Assembly (NCBI RefSeq): GCF_001598795.1
Contig: NZ_BCZP01000004.1
Coordinates: 240,001 to 272,000, forward strand
Source of the DNA: Delftia acidovorans NBRC 14950
GTDB lineage: Bacteria; Pseudomonadota; Gammaproteobacteria; Burkholderiales; Burkholderiaceae_C
Length of the DNA: 32,000 bases
Direction: 5' to 3'
The notes under the pieces are model-generated. The model was not told where the DNA came from. It ran no database searches and saw nothing but the letters and a program-made list of their open reading frames with translations. Made by a program: the position numbers and the translations under genes. Shown piece by piece: positions 28,196 to 32,000 of the stretch (position 1 is its first letter; the number at the start of each line of letters is the position of its first letter).

Positions 28196-29314
28196 TCAGA
28201 TGCGCATGGGCATCACGACGTACTTGAAGCTGTCGTTCTCGGGGATGGTCAGCAGGGCCGAGCTGTTGCCGTCCTGCAGGTCGATCCTGATCATGTCCTG
28301 GCTCATGTTGGACAGGGCGTCGATCAGGTAGGTGACGTTGAAGCCGATCTCGATGGTGTCGCCACCGTAGTCGATGTCCAGCTCGTCCATGGCCTCTTCC
28401 TGCTCGGCGTTGTTGGACGCCACGCGCAAGGTGCCGGGCTCCACCGTCAGGCGCACGCCCTTGAACTTGTCGCTGGTCATGATGGCCGTGCGCTGCAGGC
28501 TGGCCAGCAGCGGGGCGCGGCCCAGGGTCACGCTGTTGGTGTGGTTGCGCGGGATGACACGGTTGTAGTCGGGGAACTTGCCCTCGACCAGCTTGGTCAC
28601 GAACTCCATGCCGCCAAAGGTGAACTTGGCCTGGTTGTTGGCGAACTGCATCTCGATATGGGGCTGGTTCTCGCCACCGGCATCCGACAGCAGGCGCTGC
28701 AGCTCCAGCACGGTCTTGCGCGGCAGGATCACTTCCTGCTTGGGCACTTCCACGTCCAGCTGGCTGCTTGCGAACGCCAGGCGGTGGCCGTCGGTGGCCA
28801 CCAGGGACAGCTGCTTGCCTTCGGCCACGAACAGGATGCCGTTGAGGTAGTAGCGGATGTCCTGCACGGCCATGGCGAAGGAGACCTGGCCCAGCAGGTC
28901 CTTGAGCACCTTCTGCGGCACGCTGAAGGAAGGGCCGAAGGCCGCAGCCTCCTGCACCAGCGGGAAGTCCTCGGCCGGCAGGGTCTGCAGCGTGAAGCGG
29001 CTCTTGCCGCCCTTGAGCACCATCTTGGCCTGCTGGGTCTCCAGGCTCACGGTCTGGTCGCCGGGCATGGTCTTGAGGATGTCGATCAGCTTGCGCGCGC
29101 CCACGGTGGTGGTGAAGTCGCCGGTGTCGCCGCCGAGCTCGGCGGTGGTGCGGATCTGGATTTCCAGGTCGCTGGTGGTCAGCTGCAATGCGTTGCCGGT
29201 CTTCTTGATCAGCACGTTGGCCAGGATGGGCAGCGTGTGGCGGCGTTCGACGATGCCGGACACCGATTGCAGGACCGCGAGAACTTTGTCTTGTGTGGCT
29301 TTCAGGACGATCAT
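28196..29314 (-). CDS. dnaN: DNA polymerase III beta subunit (sliding clamp)
   Basis: 372 aa: MIVLKATQDKVLAVLQSVSGIVERRHTLPILANVLI...YVVMPMRI. It holds the canonical position between dnaA and gyrB. Confidence 0.95.
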   Translation of the reverse strand: MIVLKATQDKVLAVLQSVSGIVERRHTLPILANVLIKKTGNALQLTTSDLEIQIRTTAELGGDTGDFTTTVGARKLIDILKTMPGDQTVSLETQQAKMVLKGGKSRFTLQTLPAEDFPLVQEAAAFGPSFSVPQKVLKDLLGQVSFAMAVQDIRYYLNGILFVAEGKQLSLVATDGHRLAFASSQLDVEVPKQEVILPRKTVLELQRLLSDAGGENQPHIEMQFANNQAKFTFGGMEFVTKLVEGKFPDYNRVIPRNHTNSVTLGRAPLLASLQRTAIMTSDKFKGVRLTVEPGTLRVASNNAEQEEAMDELDIDYGGDTIEIGFNVTYLIDALSNMSQDMIRIDLQDGNSSALLTIPENDSFKYVVMPMRI

Positions 29315-29435
29315 GTCAACCTCTGATTTAAGGATGCGGGTCTCGGTAGGAGCGGCGGCTCACAAATGAGCCCCCTCTTGCCGCTCGAATCCCCCATTTT
29401 GCCGCGTACATACGACCAGAACGGGGGAGTTTTCA

Positions 29436-30842
29436 TCAACCTTTGAGAGTTTGCTCCAGCACGTGCAGCTGCTGGTTCAGCTCGGTCAGTTGCTGGCGTT
29501 CGCCGGCGATCTTGCGCACCGCGTGCAGCACGGTGGTGTGGTCGCGCCCGCCGAACAGCTCGCCGATCTCGGGCAGGCTCTTCTGGGTCAATTCCTTGGC
29601 CAGGTACATGGCAATCTGGCGCGGCCGGGCGATGCTGGCCGGGCGCTTCTTGCTGTACATGTCGGCCACCTTGATCTTGTAGTAATCGGCCACCGTCTTC
29701 TGGATGTTCTCCACACTGATCTGGCGGTTCTGGATGGACAGCAGATCACGCAGGGCCTCGCGGGCCAGCTGGATGGAGACTTCCTTCTGGTTGAAGCGCG
29801 AATAGGCCAGGATCTTGCGCAGCGCGCCTTCGAGCTCGCGCACGTTGGAGCGCACGTTCTTGGCCACGAAGAAGGCGACTTCCTCGGGCATCTCGGCGTT
29901 CTCGGCGCGGGCCTTGTTGATCAGGATGGCCACGCGCATCTCCAGCTCGGGCGGCTCGATGGCCACCGTCAGCCCGGAGTCGAAGCGCGATACCAGCCGC
30001 TCGTGGATGTTCGCCAGACCCTTGGGATAGGTGTCCGAGGTCATCACGATGTGGCTCTTCTTGGCCAGCAGCGCCTCGAAGGCGTTGAAGAACTCCTCCT
30101 GCGTGCGGTCCTTGTTGGCGAAGAACTGCACGTCGTCGATCAGCAGCAGATCCAGCGAGTGGTAACGCTCCTTGAATTCGTCAAAGGTGCGGCGCTGGTA
30201 GGCCTTGACCACATCCGAGACGAACTGCTCGGCATGGATGTAGAGAACTTTGGCGTCGGGCTTGTCGGCCAGCAGCTTGTTGCCCACGGCATGCACCAGG
30301 TGGGTCTTGCCCAGGCCCACGCCGCCGTAGATGAACAGCGGGTTGTACAGGTGTCCGGGCGAGCCCGCCACATGCATGGCGGCCGAGCGTGCCATGCGGT
30401 TGGCCGTACCTTCCACCAGGGTCTCGAAGGTCAGCGCGGCGTTCAGGCGCGTGCGAAAGACGGGCGCTGCCGCGTCTTCGCTGGTGACCGTGGGCACCGA
30501 GGTGACGATGGTTTCCGGCGGGGCCGAGCGCTCGCTGGAGGAGGGGCGGACGTAAGTCCGCACAACGCTTTCCCGCTGAGCAAGTGCCAACTCAAGCGTC
30601 ACCGGCTGGCCATAGAGCGACTCCAGCATGGCCGAGATGCGGCCTGCATATTGGGCGCGGATCCAGTCGAGCTTGAAGCGGTTGGCCACGTAGACGGTGA
30701 CTTTGGAGAAGTCTTCGGCGACGTGCGCGGTCAGGGGCTTGATCCAGGTGTTGAACTGCTGTTCGGGCATTTCCTGCCCCAGTTGCTCAACGCAGACTTG
30801 CCACAGGCCCTGGCCTGCATCGTTCGTAGGTTCCTCTGTCAT
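29436..30842 (-). CDS. dnaA: Chromosomal replication initiator protein DnaA
   Basis: Walker [19 protein letters not shown], and the domain IV DNA-binding helix ([15 protein letters not shown]). Confidence 0.95.
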   Translation of the reverse strand: MTEEPTNDAGQGLWQVCVEQLGQEMPEQQFNTWIKPLTAHVAEDFSKVTVYVANRFKLDWIRAQYAGRISAMLESLYGQPVTLELALAQRESVVRTYVRPSSSERSAPPETIVTSVPTVTSEDAAAPVFRTRLNAALTFETLVEGTANRMARSAAMHVAGSPGHLYNPLFIYGGVGLGKTHLVHAVGNKLLADKPDAKVLYIHAEQFVSDVVKAYQRRTFDEFKERYHSLDLLLIDDVQFFANKDRTQEEFFNAFEALLAKKSHIVMTSDTYPKGLANIHERLVSRFDSGLTVAIEPPELEMRVAILINKARAENAEMPEEVAFFVAKNVRSNVRELEGALRKILAYSRFNQKEVSIQLAREALRDLLSIQNRQISVENIQKTVADYYKIKVADMYSKKRPASIARPRQIAMYLAKELTQKSLPEIGELFGGRDHTTVLHAVRKIAGERQQLTELNQQLHVLEQTLKG

Positions 30843-30856
30843 TGTCGAAGTCTAGT

Positions 30857-30865
30857 TGTGGATAG
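30857..30865 (-). promoter_or_regulatory. DnaA box (TGTGGATAG, one mismatch) in the dnaA upstream region
   Basis: Read directly, 15 nt upstream of the dnaA start codon. Confidence 0.6.
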
Positions 30866-30906
30866 GAGGAACTGTTGCGAGGCTGCCATTGTAGCTTTTG
30901 CGGAAG

Positions 30907-30915
30907 TTATCCACA
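30907..30915 (+). promoter_or_regulatory. DnaA box, perfect TTATCCACA, in the dnaA/rpmH intergenic region
   Basis: Exact 9-mer. Probably a dnaA autoregulation site. Confidence 0.7.
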
Positions 30916-31256
30916 AAATATCAGGAGCTTGTCCTCCGCCTTGTCGCAAAATGGGCAGGCATCCTTCGGGTTCGAAGGGCATTGCATCAAGTGGACAACG
31001 CTGTGATAATCGCGGGTTTCCCTGAATGTGTTCAGGGTGATATGTCCCGCCCGTCTGCATCGGGTCTGCATGCTGCCGCTGGCGGCCTTGGGCGAAACCT
31101 CTCGGGGTTGCTCCTTGGGCTGCACATGGCAAGTGCATCGTGCAGATTTTTGGCAGGTGGCCTGGCGGTTTGCCTTTGTGGCGGCTGCTGGCTGCACTGC
31201 GTGTAGCGTGCCGGATACGGGACCGGTGCAAAACTGAACCTTCTCTAGGAACCAAC

Positions 31257-31391
31257 ATGAAACGTACTTACCAACCCTCCAAGACCCGTCGCGCCCGCAC
31301 CCACGGCTTTCTGGTCCGCATGAAGACCAAGGGCGGCCGCGCCGTGATCAACGCTCGCCGCGCCAAGGGCCGCAAGCGTCTGGCCGTCTAA
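31257..31391 (+). CDS. rpmH: 50S ribosomal protein L34
   Basis: [44 protein letters not shown], 44 aa. Confidence 0.95.
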   Translation: MKRTYQPSKTRRARTHGFLVRMKTKGGRAVINARRAKGRKRLAV

Positions 31392-31449
31392 GGCCAGCCA
31401 TTGCTGGGCGGTTTGCTCGCTGCACTGAACCCCTGAACGGGGTGCTGGC

Positions 31450-31959
31450 ATGCAACGGCTGAAAACACGTCCGCAGTTTCAGGCCGCCATGGCTGCCGGT
31501 ACGGTATCGCGTACCGCGCATTTCGCCCTGCACCGTCTCGTTCTGACGGAGCAGGGCGGCGCCATGGCGCCACCGACAGGGCCCGGGTCGCAAGACCCGC
31601 AGGCCCTGTTCGGCGTTGGCGCCGTGCGCCAGGATGCTTGGCTGGGCGCCATGGTGCCCAAGCGCTGGGCGCGCCGCTCGGTGACGCGACACACCATCAA
31701 GCGGCAGATCTATGCCGTGGGCAGCGAGCATGAGACCCTGATGCTCCAAGGCGCCCATGTGGTGCGGCTGCGCTCGGGCTTTGACCGGCGCCAGTTCGTG
31801 AGCGCCACTTCTGATGTGCTCCGGCAGGCCGTGCGCGCCGAGCTGCAGCAGTTGTTCGCCTATGCGGCGAAACGCCTGTCGCAGCCTGCGCCCGAGCTCC
31901 CGCAGCCCGCACAGGAGCGCGCCGCAGCCGCTGGCGAGAGCATCGGGGTTGCGCCATGA
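31450..31959 (+). CDS. rnpA: Ribonuclease P protein component
   Basis: Conserved position after rpmH, with RNase P protein motifs (LKTRPQFQ, KRWARRSVTRHTIKRQIY). At 169 aa it is longer than the usual length. Confidence 0.85.
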   Translation: MQRLKTRPQFQAAMAAGTVSRTAHFALHRLVLTEQGGAMAPPTGPGSQDPQALFGVGAVRQDAWLGAMVPKRWARRSVTRHTIKRQIYAVGSEHETLMLQGAHVVRLRSGFDRRQFVSATSDVLRQAVRAELQQLFAYAAKRLSQPAPELPQPAQERAAAAGESIGVAP

Positions 31960-32000
31960 TGCAGCGGCTGCTGATGGCGCTGGTGCGCGGCTATCGGCTG
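31956..32000 (+). CDS. yidD: Membrane protein insertion efficiency factor YidD (5' fragment, continues beyond the window)
   Basis: ATG 31956 overlaps the rnpA stop (ATGA). MMQRLLMALVRGYRL matches the YidD N-terminus and the conserved rpmH-rnpA-yidD order. Confidence 0.7.
   Translation, partial: MMQRLLMALVRGYRL

Noticed and set aside
30963-30978. A GGTTCGAA T-loop-like string suggesting a tRNA in the dnaA-rpmH spacer.
   Set aside because: It is only a short hairpin (CCTTCG-GGTT-CGAAGG). No acceptor, D or anticodon arms can be built around it.
30843-31256. The dnaA-rpmH intergenic region as the replication origin (the textbook location in many bacteria).
   Set aside because: It has only one perfect and one one-mismatch DnaA box, no AT-rich unwinding stretch and no trinucleotide array. 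My G/C tallies show the plus strand already G-rich well to its left. It is more likely the dnaA autoregulatory promoter. It is not fully excluded without a whole-genome skew or marker-frequency analysis.

Overview
High-GC chromosomal window, apparently betaproteobacterial (Comamonadaceae-like by gene content and repeat type), from the replication-origin neighbourhood. Left to right: the tail of a Liv-type ABC transporter whose substrate-binding gene has a disrupted frame; an acyl-CoA ligase / enoyl-CoA hydratase / thiolase cluster; rdgC; a Spy/CpxP-like periplasmic protein; a PagL-like lipid A deacylase; a ~1.5 kb gene-free region; dinG; an ~800 bp gene-poor gap; an HME-type RND efflux operon (adaptor, pump, outer-membrane factor) with an OmpR-type two-component system; a YkgJ / MaoC / Bug-TctC / LysR / CoA-transferase block; and gyrB-dnaN-dnaA (minus strand) divergent from rpmH-rnpA-yidD. 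The main result is in the first half of the gene-free region, at about 8.55-9.2 kb. It is strongly AT-rich and carries three perfect and at least five one-mismatch DnaA boxes. It also holds two homologous copies of a 'DnaA box, 14-nt spacer, five CTA-type trinucleotides, AT-rich tail' module, which is the architecture of an oriC unwinding element. This candidate origin lies about 20 kb from dnaA. Hand G/C tallies suggest the strand skew flips here rather than at dnaA-rpmH. A 15/16 match to the universal parS site sits about 3 kb away inside a 30-bp palindrome. Other observations are a three-copy REP-like hairpin repeat family overlapping gene boundaries, a frameshifted binding-protein gene, and small regulatory repeats. 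I found no CRISPR array, IS element, prophage, rRNA or tRNA. Most long ORFs in the track that run antisense to these genes are high-GC shadow ORFs.
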